DNA of 64,000 bases. Origin: Lama guanicoe (taxonomy: Eukaryota). Positions 51,631-64,000 of the stretch are shown here, in pieces. The translations under genes and the position numbers were made by a program. Where the stretch lies: assembly GCA_013239625.1 (NCBI GenBank), contig MU053881.1, positions 12,228,879 through 12,292,878 of the forward strand, in the 5' to 3' direction. The notes under the pieces were generated by a model. That model saw only the letters and a list, made by a program, of their open reading frames with translations, was not told the DNA's origin and did not search any database. Within the stretch, counting starts at the first letter, position 1; every line of letters starts with the position of its first letter.

Positions 51631-54600
51631 CATAATCTCATATATAGAAATGTATCTACTTGGGAGCTGGTTTTACATCTCAATTATTTTCACTTGAACT
51701 TATCACTGACTTGAAGTGTTCCATCACATCTTCCTGCTTCCCTAGAGTCAGCAATTTCATGTGGCTATCGTGTGGAATGTTTTTTCAAGATATTGGAGGA
51801 TATCCAACCAGCCAATAAAGATGCCTCACACATGTACCATTAGGAGCAGGAACAGTATACAATTGTCTTCCTTGTGATGAAAGAGAAACTCCTGATTTGT
51901 CTTCACTTTTGTGGTCAACACTGCTCTCAAGCTCCCCCCAACCCCCACCCCAGTATGGTGACAGGCTGGCTTTCGTGTCTTAACTCTGCCTCAGGAACCT
52001 GGATCATGATGTGAGCCCCAAACCAGCTCTGCCACGAGCATCAAGATTAGATTCTTGTTCAGGCCAAAATCAGGATCAGAACTCATGGCTCTGTTAACTG
52101 CGGAAGGGGAATACAGATGACTGTCAGAGACTGCAGTCAAATGTGGTCGTTGGATGACGTAAGTAAGAAGGAAAGAGGTATTTTAAGAATGGCTTATTCA
52201 GCATATCAGTTAAAGTCTCAGGGTCTGCTTGGCTTACATTTCTTAATTGAATTCTACATTTTATACCACTTTCAGGACTGATGGAGAATCCAGGGATGGC
52301 TGGACTCTATTGTAAAAAAAAAATGATCACCGACTCATAAATAAAAAAAAACTAAAACAAAAACAAAACAACTTGTCATTTATAAGAACTGCACTGAAGG
52401 AAGCAGGAGACTGTTCACCAGCCAAGGGGTAGGACTAATCCCCAGTTTCTTAACACATTCAAATGACAGTGTCCCTGTTGTCCCTGAGGATAGCTAAGAT
52501 CCCCACCAAGATGTAGCTTATGGGCAGCAGGTAGAAGCAGCTTATGTCCCTCAAGAAGGGATGATGAGACCACGTGGCATTCAGCAGAGGAGGAAAAGGC
52601 CGATATTGTAATCATGAGCTAGCAAACTTAAAAAAAAAATCTATTTAGAAGGACTTCTGATAGCATTCATTTTGATGAGATCAAAATACACACATAAAGC
52701 ACAGAATCTATGAACTGCAACTTATGTCCAGGGTAGTAAATCATTAAGGATCTCTGAGCTTAGATTTCTAACTTCTAAAATGCATGGTGTAAAGTTCTGT
52801 TGATTATAGAGAGTCTGATTTTCTAGTCAGCATCCACCAAAAGCAGCAACAGAAAATGCCTCTGTAGCACAGTTCTGCTGACTTATGATCCCTACTTTTC
52901 CGACTCTCATCTGCTTCTAGGCACAGCTGTTTTCAAATGGAACAGCACTTTATGCAAACAGTGCCAGCCCGGCCTTGGAGCAAGAAAGCCCAGAAAAGAG
53001 GGTTTGGGGGAAATCAGTCTTTTACAGTTGGAGCCAAGGATTGGGGCCGTCACCTGCAATTTCAGATACCCATGATGTTACACGACTTGCTTGTTGCTGA
53101 AATGCATGCCCGGAGCAGATCTGAGATGTTACAGCCACCCAGTTCTCTGGGTCCTTGAAAACATCCATAAGCCTGCCAAGAAGAGCACATCGAAGGATAA
53201 TGAAGAGGGTTGTAGCATGCACACTGCCTCTTCTATCTTCGCTCAACATCAAGAGAAAACTGCACCCAAGTTGATCATTACAGTATTAGAATCCATGTGA
53301 GGTTTTTTGTTTGTTTGTTTTCCTATAGAGTTCAACAGTAGACTTTCTATTTAAAAACAAAAACAACAGCAACAAAAAACAAACACAATAAGTCCACTCT
53401 GTAGGATACTTGGAAGAGAGTAGAATTTCAGAGTCAACAAGATACGTATTATCAGCAAGAACAGGATCTTCAAGAAATTGAGAGAAACAGACCTTCTAAA
53501 GAACAACAGTCCCCTTGGGATCCAACAGAATGTTTCACAGAAGTCAACCTCCTCCACTCGGCCCCTGGCTGATAGCTGCCAACTGCTACAAGTCTGCCTC
53601 TTCCAGGATTTTCCAAGGCTAGGATTTGATCCATAAGGGAAAGTATAAATTGCAGTGTTGAAGAGTAAAGACTTCGATTTAAGTCCTCCCTTTTTTATAT
53701 CATGGCTTCACCACTTCCTGAATGACTGTCAGTAGGCTGCCTAAATTCTATTAAGCCTAATTCACACATGGGAGAAAAAGAGCTAAAGATAACATATTAA
53801 TGAAGTTAACAGTAGTTATCTCTGGATAAAGGGAATAAGTATTCAATTATTTAATTTATCTCCATTCTCTAAAAATTTTTATAATTGAGCTCATATTGCT
53901 TTTGTAAGAAGAGAAACAAACATGTTACATAATAACAAATTGAACTAAAGAAACTGGAACTTAAGGAAGTAGTAGTTTTAACAGACTAATGCATGATAAA
54001 TCCAAGCAACAGTGAGACCCCCAACTTTGTTTCTCTAAATATTGTACAAATGCCAAGTCAATTTGAAATTCAGTTGATGCACTTAACTCTAAAGGGAAAC
54101 AAAAACCACAGCACAGTGTAACAAATAAAAATACAAAATGCCTCCCCCTCCACCTCGGTCACTTGATTCCACTCCTCCAGGCCTTCGCTGGCATGGCAAC
54201 TGGCTCCCTGGACAGTCCACGATGCCTCCTGTACCAGACTCTGTGCCATTATCCAGATATGTACCTCCCAGGACTACCACAAAACTGTCCTTCCAAAAGA
54301 TTTCAGAAAAAGGAAACATTCTGTTGGAATGCTTTTTAAACAAGTTATTGAAACAGAGAAAGGACATTGCTTTCACAGTTTTAGCCTGTTCCAAGAACCC
54401 TGTTGAGATTTCTGGCCTGTCTTCCAAAGCCCTGCCACAAAACTCAGCTGATGGAGCCAGTCCCACTTCATGATGGCTGACTGAGTCCAGGGGGTCCGTC
54501 AGCCAACCTGATCATTAAGGAACTTCTGGACGATAAAAAGCACATCACGTGATTGACAGTGAACTCCCAAAGAACTGAAAAACCTGTAAGCCCAGGCAGA

Positions 54601-55864
54601 CAAAAGAGAAGACCGACCAAAAAAAGACAGAGTAATTCCCCAAAGAAGAGAGTCAGGTACAAGCGGGAAAGCCCTGACACAGACAACAAGTCTTGTGCTT
54701 GTCCGTGAGAAAATTAAAGTGCTAGAGAAAATGGCTGCATTGGTCCCTGCTTCCAAATCATCTTCAGTGTATGTTGAATGAAAGCCTCAAATATATCCCT
54801 CTAAATAAAGCGGAAGATATGCTCCCCAAAACAGCTCATGGGAGCACTGGAGCACTGACTGCATTGCATGAAACTCCTAACATCCAAAGTCAAGCCACTC
54901 ATACTCTTAAAGAAAAAGGCTGCACAGACCAATGTCACTCTCCCCTTCTGTCCTGCACAGCTGTAGAGCCACGGATCCTGTAATCATAACTGAATTATCT
55001 ACCAGAAGAGCTATTTTCACTTGCGCTGAGGAAATCCATTCCAACTGCTAGTACCTATCAATCTGGACTCCAAACTATAAATATAAGCAAGAATGCCAAA
55101 ATAGCAAAACTTAGAAGGAAAACTGGACAAGGGACAGAGATAATAGGCTGAAAGGCAAATCAACCGATTCCTTAAAGGAGCTGATAAACAATAGTGCATA
55201 GAAATTTACATCTATAATAACTATCTTTAAGAGATTGGATAGGACTTACAGCTATAAAACAGCCCTGTGAAAGTGATCCTTGGTCAGCAAATTAAAAATA
55301 TGACTGCCAAGGGTTTTTTTTTTATTAAATAAATCAATCGAATAGCAAAATGGGCATGAACTAAAACTGAGTTAACAGGTTGAAAATCTATTAAATGGAC
55401 CATAACATAAAAATTATAAGAGAAGTAGCAAGAGTCATGATAGATCTTAGCTCTCTCAAGATCTGCGAAAGCCAGTGTCAGTCTGCCATGAGTTCTAAAA
55501 GAGAAGAATGAAAAACACGGAGAGGGAATATAAGGAAAGAAATCAACTTTCCTAGACTTAAAGAAATTTCCATAGGACATGGCCCACTGTGGAAAAGGTA
55601 GCTGGTTGCCTGGCAACATCCATTCTCCTTTTCTTCTTTTAATAAACCCCCTGAGAATTTTAGCTGATCACAGAGGACCAAGCTAAACAGTTTCTCATCT
55701 TCTCTTACAAACTGGTCATATGACACAATTCTAACCAATAAGATGTGGGTTGAAGTGAGATGTGAGATTTGAAATTGTGGGCCATTCTCGTAAAGAAGAG
55801 TGCCTTCCACTTTCCCTCTCCTCCACCCACTGGCTGGAATACAGATGTAATGGAATAGACATTA

Positions 55865-56033
55865 TAGACCAAAGATCAGCAAAAACAGCCATGCCCATGT
55901 TGTCACTTCTTTTCAGTGGCTACTTTTGCACCACAATGGCAGAACTGAATAGTTGCAACAGAGGCCTTAGAGTTCATAAAGTCTAAAATATTTACTGCCT
56001 GTCTAGTTACAGAAAAAAATTTGCCATCCCCTG
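55865..56033. mobile_element. MER58A-like hAT MITE remnant
   Basis: CACCACAATGGCAGAACTGAATAGTTGCAACAGAG..CTAAAATATTTACT..AAAATTTGCCATCCCCTG. Confidence 0.75.
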
Positions 56034-56206
56034 ATTAAAATTTTAAAGACTGAAAGCATATGTGTTAGTGATGATATGAAGCAAATGGAATACTTGGGCA
56101 TTGCCTGTTAGAGTGTAAAGTATTCCAAGTATTTACTAAAACTGTTCGGATTACAGTTTTAATGAAGTAAAAATATGTAGCTACCCTGTTACCCAGCAAT
56201 TCCACA

Positions 56207-56228
56207 TCTATCTATCTATCTATCTATC

Positions 56229-56259
<31 letters not shown>
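56207..56259. repeat. (TCTA)n + (TG)n compound microsatellite
   Basis: Directly visible. Confidence 0.92.
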
Positions 56260-56334
56260 ATTCCCAAGATAAGTATATGTGTGCACATGTGTGTATGTAC
56301 CGAACAAAAGCAGTTCAACAGGACTACTCAGAGC

Positions 56335-57198
56335 TGCTCAACATCACTAATTATTAGAGAAATCCAAATCAAACCACAATGAAGTATCATCTCACACCAG
56401 TCAGAATAGCTACCATCAAAAGGTCTACAAATAATAAATGCTAGAGACTGTGTGAAGAAAAGGGAACCCTCCTACACTGTTGGTAGGAATGTAAATTGGT
56501 GCAGGCACTATGGAAAATAGTGTAGAGGTTCCTTTAAAAAATGAAAAACAGAGTTACCATATGACCCACCAATCTGACTATTGGGCATATATCCAGAAAA
56601 GAGAAAAACTCTAGTTCAAAAAGATATATGTACCCCAATGTTCATAGCAGCACAATTTATAATAGCCAAGACATAGAAGAAACCTAAATGTCCATCAACA
56701 GATGAATAAATAAAGAAGATGTGGTATACATATATAATGGAATATTACTCAGCCATAAAAAAGAATAAAATAATGCCATTTGCAGCAACATGGAAGGACA
56801 TAGAGATTACTGTATTAAGTAAAGTAAGTCAAACAGAGGAAGACAAACACCATATGATACCACTTATATGTGAAATCTAAAAAGGTGATACAAATGAACT
56901 TATTTACAAAACAGAAATAGACTCACAGACATAGAAAACAAACATATGGTTATGAAAGGGGAGGCGGGGGGAATGAGAAATTTGGGATTAACAGATACAA
57001 ACTACTATACATAAAATAGACAACAGAGGCCTACTGTTATAGCACAAGGAACTATATTTACTATCTTGTAATACTCTATAATGGAAAAGAACCTAAAAAA
57101 AGAATATATACATGTATGTATATAACTGAATCACTTTGCTATACATCAAAAAGTAACACAATTTTGTAAATCAAGTATACTTCAGTTTAAGAAAAAAG
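56335..57198 (+). mobile_element. L1 ORF2 C-terminus + 3'UTR
   Basis: TGCTCAACATCACTAATTATTAGAGAAAT..CATCTCACACCAGTCAGAAT..ATGGAATATTACTCAGCCATAAAAAAGAAT, then 3'UTR and A-tail. Confidence 0.92.
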
Positions 57199-58083
57199 AA
57201 TAGCATGATCAGGATAGAATTCAAGAAGAGGACTGCACTGACCCATGTAGCATCTTGAGGGGTCGATTTGGGCTTGACTATTGGAGGGGGGTCAGCAAAG
57301 AGAGAAGCCCAAGAATGAATTCTAGACTGCTGGCCTTCAACATTGGGTGGACATTAGCACCACCAGTACAGAGACAGCAGGTCCTATTTATTTTTTTTAA
57401 AGCTAAAAAGAAAAGCTACCATGTATCCCAAAAAGAAAAAAAAAATGTAACAGGTTAGAATAAAAGATAAGGTCTTCTAATTCACGAACGGAAATACATC
57501 AACTGCAGCAACACTCAATAAATATTACAATATTTGGTAAAAAGAATAAAACACTAGAAATGCACATAGTCTGAGTCCATTCAAATAAAATTCAAAACCA
57601 GACAGATTTAAAGCATGTGTGTTAGGAACGCCTGCTCCCATGGTAAAGCGACGTAGGAAACAAGGAAGTGAATCTCATTAAGTTAGGAGAGTGATTACGT
57701 GAGGCAATAACAGAAGGGGTTGTGATAAGGAAGTGGTGGGGGAGATGGACTTTTGGCTGCTGGTGATGTTATTTCTTGATCTACATGGTGATTGTACTTA
57801 TGTTCACGTTATTACCATGTTATAACGCACATTTGTTCTAAGCACTTCTCAATGAATCCTTTATTTCACATATGAAGAGACTTAAAATGAATAACAAGTT
57901 CCTTTCACTATTATATGTGTGGTATCACTTCATATATAGGTATGATATTATACCCATATAAATACATACAAACTTAAATATAATATATATGTTATATATA
58001 TATATACATGTATGTATGTGTATGTATGAACCAGAGAAGATGCCTTTTATTATATTTTATTTTATTCAAATACCCATAAAGCC

Positions 58084-58201
58084 CTTTTTTTTCTTTTTAG
58101 GGAGGAGGTAATTATGTTTTTTTTTTTTATTGGAAGTACTGGGGATCGAACCCAGGACCTTGTGCATGCTAGGCAGGCACTCTACCACTCAACACTCGCC
58201 C
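58084..58201 (-). mobile_element. tRNA-derived SINE (camelid Vic-1-like)
   Basis: Minus strand: A-box-like GAGTGGTAGAG, B-box GGTTCGATCC (58152-58143), A-run, TAATTACCTCC, A-tail. CCCATAAA appears on both sides. Confidence 0.85.
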
Positions 58202-58209
58202 ATAAAATC

Positions 58210-59013
58210 TTTTTTAAAAGTCCATTATCTACTCATCCAGGGATAATTTCATCATTGCTGCAGATCAGCAACGGCTGTGAGTTTCCCATGCTTTCGTTTT
58301 CCAGGTTGGGGTTTGTGTGTGTGTGATTATACTGTCATTATCTATTGGGTGTGTAATAGAGGGAAGAAAGGTAACTCAGCTTCCAGTTCCTATGCTGCAA
58401 GGCAAAAGAATCACATTCACCCAGGCTTCATGTAGGACAGTACATTACACAGAAAGCCTAGAATCTGACCTGGAGGCAGTAACTGAAAGGGACTCTGGAT
58501 CGCCCTTCTTAGGGAACAGTCTGAGAAGAAAAGGTGTAGCAGGCTAATACCTGGTAGCCAGAAGAACAGATGAGGGCATAGATGGCTAACAGGTCACCAA
58601 AACCCTGTGTTGCACTTCTCCCATAGAGTGGAGTTGTCTCAGAGAGGTGGCTGGGGAGCAGCCAGGGACTACATTTCCCAGCTGCCCTTGCCATTAGAGG
58701 CAGTCATGTGACCAAGTTCTAGCCAATAGGATGTGAACAGAATGGAGGGTCCTAACTTCCAGTCCTGACAGATAAAGACCTCCAACACAGCACACCATCC
58801 AAATTCTTGTCACCTTTCAGCTGGCTTGAATGGAGGTGATCCCTCAGAGTGACCTTCAAAACTACTTGTTGAAGAGAGAAAAATTCTCCATCTCCTCCTC
58901 TAGTCTTTTCACCCAAAACAGTGCTGATGATCGAGCAAGGAAGAAACATCTATAGTATCTGAGCCATCAGTCACTGTGGGTCTCTGGATTAGAACCATTA
59001 GCCCGCACTAATG
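58210..59013 (+). mobile_element. MaLR internal remnant followed by MLT1 (F/G/H-like) LTR from ~58534
   Basis: Purine tract GAGAAGAAAAGG then TGTAGC; ACATTTCCCAGC..CATGTGACCAAGTTCTAGCCAATAGGATG. Confidence 0.6.
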
Positions 59014-60525
59014 TAAGGAACAATAATAGTGCCTACCCCACAGTGTAGTTGTGGGGATTAAATAAACTCGTGGGGGGAAAAAAAAACTTAGCAGAGTGCC
59101 TCACACATCAGACGTGCTGAGTGTGTGTTCGCTTAGTAAGTACCCAGGAAATTACTACAAGGACCTTAGAGTCTTCAAAATGATTTAAGTTTCAAGAGAT
59201 GAGCTCTTGAAAATAAAGGAAAGTGATTGATGGCCATTTCTTCCGGTTAATCAATCCTTCCTCCAAAGAATCCTCCAAGCTTGGTTATATGAGTAACACA
59301 GTAGGCAACGGAAGCACATTTGAGCAATAAAGCTGCGAAACCAGCTCAATATGCTAACCATCAGGGACAATGATGGACCAGCTGGAGTCTGTGATGAGCC
59401 CCTAACATCAGTGAACAGGAAGGAGGAAATTATATGTAAATATGGGTGTAAAGGTAAAGTTTCTCCCTGTTTTATTTTTTTCCCTTTCTGCTTGCCAGCA
59501 AGCACGTGTGTGTACACACACACAGACACATACGCGCGCGCACACACACTGACACACAGATAGATTGCTGCACCGCAAAGAGTATTTGTGATTTTATTGA
59601 TGAGCCTCTCAAATCATCACTAAGACAAAATAAGCTGTTCATTTCACAGCTGGAGTCAAATGGAGTGATGACAGTTGTCTCACCCTTCTCTGATGATAAA
59701 TGAGCCTTCCCCTCCTTACGCGGGTCCTTGACCCAAATTCACAGTTATTCCAGTGACTCTGGGAGACCTCCGGGACGAGAAAAAGGCACCCTCACAAATA
59801 CCTAATGAAGCTTGTCTCAACAATTACTATTGTACCCTGTCACTCTAACTATAATTGATTTGCTAAGGTAGCTTTTTTTATATATATATTTAATCAGCCT
59901 AGCAGACAAAAATACCTAAAATAAATTAAACATATCCCTTTCTCTCTCACCCACACTTCACCAGCCTGACTAACCCATGTTTATTTTAAACCTTCTCTGA
60001 AACTTCACATTCTTCTTTTTTATCTTGGAGGTAGGCATAAGAAGTTCTTTGGTAAAAGAATGTTCAAATCATGCACAGGGAACTTTTCATCCCTTCATTT
60101 GTACCTCACTGGGGTACAAATTTCAATCAGCGAGAGTGACTCTCTAGAATCCTCCGAAAATGGTTTGGAAGCCACATCAGAGCCTAGCAGGAAAGAATGC
60201 CACGGCCGAATGGCAACGTCTACACTGGCGGGGGCTGGTGGCATGTTAAAATCTATTCCATGTATTTATCCTCTCTGAGAGTCAAGACAGAATGATACAC
60301 AGAAAATTCTAGAAAGCAAGATATCTAACCTATTTTGGAGATTCAGCTATAGATACAGATATAGACATAGATGTTTAGAATCTCAGTCCTTCAAAGAAGA
60401 TGGCACGACCTCATTTCAAAGCACGTTCCCTGAAATGGCTTGCACTTGATGGCTGTTTCCTACAACCATCTACTTTATACTCCTTGTGTTGTGAAACACA
60501 GGGAGAGAAAATTAAACAGCTTACT

Positions 60526-60663
60526 TGGGGAGTGTTGGAAATGTTGGCTATCTTGATTATGGTTTATGGTGGGTGTGTACATCTATCAAAATTCATCAAA
60601 GTGCACATCTGAAATATGTGTAGTTTACAGTACAGGAACCATACCACAATAAAGGTGTTTAAA
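60526..60663 (+). mobile_element. Old-type L1M 3' terminal fragment with perfect 18-bp TSD
   Basis: GGAAATGTT..TATCTTGATT..AAAATTCATCAAA..CAATAAAG..A-run. AAAATTAAACAGCTTACT at 60508-60525 and 60664-60681. Confidence 0.8.
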
Positions 60664-61651
60664 AAAATTAAACAGCTTACTCAGGGAAAAAGAGGAAAGG
60701 GGGCTCTTAGAAGTAAGGGCCTGAGGCTTCACTGTTCCTTTCACGGAACCAAACTCCCCAAGAGGTGCCCCAGTCCGAGACCCTCCTGGAAGCCGCGTGT
60801 TCTGTGGCGACCTGGATGTCTTTGTTCAACGGTGGAAGGGTGCCTGTTAACAGCCTGTCGGAACAAGACTCCATTCTTGCCAGCACACAGCATCGCAGAA
60901 GGACTCCCAGCTACCCAGTCTGCAGAGAGCTCCGTTTAGCAGCATCTTTGTGAGGCGTGAAAGCCTGACACGGGATGAAAGTGGAGGAGCCAGCCCTGGG
61001 GAGGAAGGGCTTCTTCCCTTTCAAGTTTCTGAACTTTTCCAGAGCTGTGGAGGTCCAAACCACAGAACCAAGGAAACGCAAAAGGAAAGCAACAAAAAGA
61101 AGGTACAAATCAAACGCGCCCTCTCCACGGCACGGCCCTGCTGTTCTGCTTTCATTCCGCACCAGCGTCATCTGAATGGATGGCATGCAGCTCCTCAGCC
61201 TCCTCGTACAAAGTCCACGCGGGGTGTTGAGGTGTGTGGGCGACTTGCCGTGGAGCGGGCGGGCTGCTGGCTGTATTCTCCAGTCCCTTTCAGTCTCCCT
61301 CTACGCTTTTTCTCTTTGTGGGGGCTGGGGGCTGTGGGGTTTCCTCTGTCCTGTAATTACTCCGCTCCTTTGGGATCTTCAGGAACACCATAGGGACACC
61401 CCACTCATCCCGCACGCAGATGACCATGCTCTCCCTGACAGCTGTCCCCTAGCTGAGACTTCGCCTTGCCCACCCACCACAAGTGCCCTTTTCTTCCTTC
61501 CTCTGCATCCCACTCTGCGGCTAATTTCTTTAAAGGTATTTGCATCAGTCCAAGCCCTCTGGGTTGCATAAAACAGAAACACACTTTCAACTAGGGAGAA
61601 GGAACTTCTGGAGATCCTGTAACTGAGTTATCTTAGGAAAAGAAAGTAAAA

Positions 61652-62400
61652 GCAGAGACAGATACAGATTTTGTAGGACTCAAAGCTTTAAATGATGACT
61701 GTGGGGAACAGGAGACGGGGCGGGAATCACCGTAATCCCAAATACAAAATTAGATCTGGATGTATTTATTAAGAAGGAGAAAAGAAACCACAGCAAATCA
61801 CAAACTTTTAAATGTTGACAAATGCTACAAATACCACAAAATCCAGAAAAAATATCCTTAATGTTTTTTGTTAATTAACTGGCTGGTAACACTTTTGTAA
61901 TAACTTTGTCCAGTTCCTTTTATCTGCTTATTCTTTGATCACCTCTCCACATGACAATAACTTTGTACTCCAGCTTTCCCTAAGAGAATAAAAAAGATAG
62001 TTCAGTCTTTCTTCTGGTGTAGGGGACCAAAATTCATGACTGACACGGATGCTGAAGACACACAACATTATACACAGGCATGCTCTCTGTTTGCAGACCT
62101 GATACCTGGCCTTGCTCTGTGAAGACAGGAACTCCAATACATTATGTTTTACATGATTCACAACAAAAGAAAAAATACATATATGGTGTTCTTAAATCAC
62201 CTAAGCTGCAAAATCAAATCTTTTCCTCCATACTTCCATTTTGACATCACTGAGGACTGAGTCCTCTCCTTATAATTTTCAATTTCTGATTATTTAAGCA
62301 TGCAAGTCTTCCTTCTCCTCCACTTGCTGTGTACATCTGATCCTAGGAGCCACATGGTATGTTCATGTATTAACCAGATCACACTTTCCCACGCTATCTT
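61652..62400. mobile_element. Probable hAT-Tip100 (Zaphod/MER115-like) remnant
   Basis: GATACAGATTTTGTAGGACTCAAAGCTT..AAATACAAAATTAG..AAATACCACAAAATCCAGAAAA, recalled similarity only. Confidence 0.45.
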
Positions 62401-62750
62401 TCCTGTGGGGAAATGATTATGGACGGCGGGGGCGGGGGAGCAGAGGGGAAGTCAAGAGAGCAGCTTGGAGGCTCTGCACAAAGGACGACAGTGATTTTGA
62501 CTGTGGTTGTGGCGGTAGAGATAGTAAGTAATCCAACTCAGATTTTGACAGTAGAGCCAATGCGATTTGCTAATTGGATATGGGAGACAAGAAAAAGAAG
62601 TGGAGCCAAGTAGACAAGGTGACCATTTTCACACAGGCTTGCCGTGAGTGCCATTTGAATTAATACTTGTAATTGGGCCTAGCATTACGCCTGGAACATA
62701 ACTGGAGCTCAAGAGACATTAGTTGAATCTGCACCTTGTTTATATTACTC

Positions 62751-62802
62751 AAAAAAAAAAAAAAGAAAAAAAAAAAAAAGAAAAAGAAAAAGAAAAGAAA
62801 AG
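62751..62802. repeat. A-rich tract, poly(A)/(GAAAA)n
   Basis: Directly visible. Confidence 0.9.
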
Positions 62803-64000
62803 AATTGTACAGCAGACCCTGTATTGTTCCTGGCTTAACTGTTAACGACAACAAACATTTCTGAAAATTTCTCTCACAGGTCCCTACCAGTTTGTTGAGG
62901 ACAAGACAGGATAACAAAATGGGGGAACAATTAAAATCAGATATTCCCCCAAAAGAATGTTGACTACAATCTTCTATTTATCCAGGTCAACACAAAAGAA
63001 GTTATCTAGGGTGATCGGTGCAAATGAAGAGCTACTGGAGGCTAATTCTGACAAAACGTGCTGGGGTTTTGAATTACCAACCAAGTGACCCTTCAGTACC
63101 CTTTATAATTCCTATGACTGCCCAGCTTTGAAACATCAGCATGTGTTATTTCTAGTTAGTGAGGCTTTGAATGTTTCTTTTTTCAACCTGTATTTTGTAA
63201 AATTTTTGCAACGGTGGTATATTACTTTGAGGTAAGAGTAAAGTATGTATTTTTAAAACATTAAGAAAAAAAGGCTAAGAAAAACAAGTGGAAATATTAC
63301 GTGATTGCACTTCAGTAATAATAGCCTCTTAGTAAATAAAGCTGAACTTAAAACTTTAGTTAACTAGAACAATTGGGAATAAAGGCTAGAACATTCTAAT
63401 GGTGCAATATGATATGTATTTTAGTTATACATATATATTAACATCAATTTGGTCCCTGCCTTCCTTCTCTCTCCCTAGTTCTTCTCTTTTCTACTTCCTC
63501 CTCCCAAGAAGATAGCATAATTCATCAAGAACTTCCAATATGCCATGTGCAAGGCTTTGTAATTAGCATTTAGAACACTGGGCCTAAAGAAATCTTGAAA
63601 GGCTTTTTCTTTGGTAGAAGAGATTTAAGTCAGTATTACCACAAAAAAAGGAAATTTCCTTAAAGAATATGGCAAATTTTATAGGTTGGCTCATGCAATA
63701 CTTATTCCAATTCTTTTTCCCTTTTCTTCCTCTCCCACAGAGCCTCGAGAGATACAAACCCACCTTTCCAGGGACCTCTGCAACTATGGGGAGCCAGGGG
63801 ACACATTTATGACCAATGAGGACTATGCAGATGTCTCTGGGAATTTCTGGGAAATACTCTCCCTGTCGGCCAGTTCCTGCTTGGAACGCAAATGTAATTG
63901 TTCAAGCAGCAGCAGCCATATTGGGACATAAGGAAAAAAATCAAGAGAACTACTTTGGACCTCACATCTTTGCCCCAATGATCCTCTACCAAATGCCACA

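Noticed and set aside
54138..54473. 111-aa ATG ORF (MPPPPPRSLDSTPP...) as a small gene or retrocopy
   Set aside because: No recognised homology, promoter, poly(A) tail or TSD. I cannot fully exclude it without BLASTP/PhyloCSF.
58140..58201. tRNA gene
   Set aside because: A/B boxes belong to a SINE head with an A-rich tail; no intact acceptor stem.
59660..59705. C/D-box snoRNA (GTGATGA...CTGA)
   Set aside because: Boxes too close together, no terminal stem, no host intron evidence.
60950..61571. 147-aa and 131-aa ORFs in a mildly CpG-rich patch
   Set aside because: Expected in locally GC-richer DNA; several frames on both strands are open and no domain is evident.
62751..62802. Processed pseudogene ending in the A-rich tract
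   Set aside because: No upstream poly(A) signal, recognisable cDNA or TSD.

Overview
Mammalian, repeat-rich, apparently non-coding DNA, not prokaryotic. The lineage-restricted tRNA-derived SINE and L1 3' ends suggest a camelid (alpaca/llama/camel), and I see no Alu, B1/B2 or Bov-A/BovB. I cannot support any intact protein-coding exon: the supplied ORFs look like chance ORFs or decayed L1/ERV-L sequence. The main functional signal is two CpG-rich promoters about 3 kb apart (~7.05-7.47 kb and ~9.93-10.23 kb). Each is followed on the minus strand by a GTAAGT splice donor, which suggests alternative first exons of a gene running leftwards out of the window; I cannot identify the gene. The ~54 kb upstream holds L1 (young and old, nested, one 5'-inverted), L2, MIR, MaLR/ERV-L LTRs, an ERV-L internal remnant, hAT remnants, a truncated U2 snRNA copy, microsatellites and several repeat-free, motif-dense blocks that could be enhancers. 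I found no convincing new biological system. The most curious details are antisense copies next to both first-exon donors, a His/Cys/Arg uORF built on a compound repeat, an old-type L1 end with a perfect 18-bp target-site duplication (TSD), and a self-templated hairpin insertion inside an L1. Repeat family names come from memory of consensus sequences and boundaries are approximate; RepeatMasker/Dfam is needed to confirm them.
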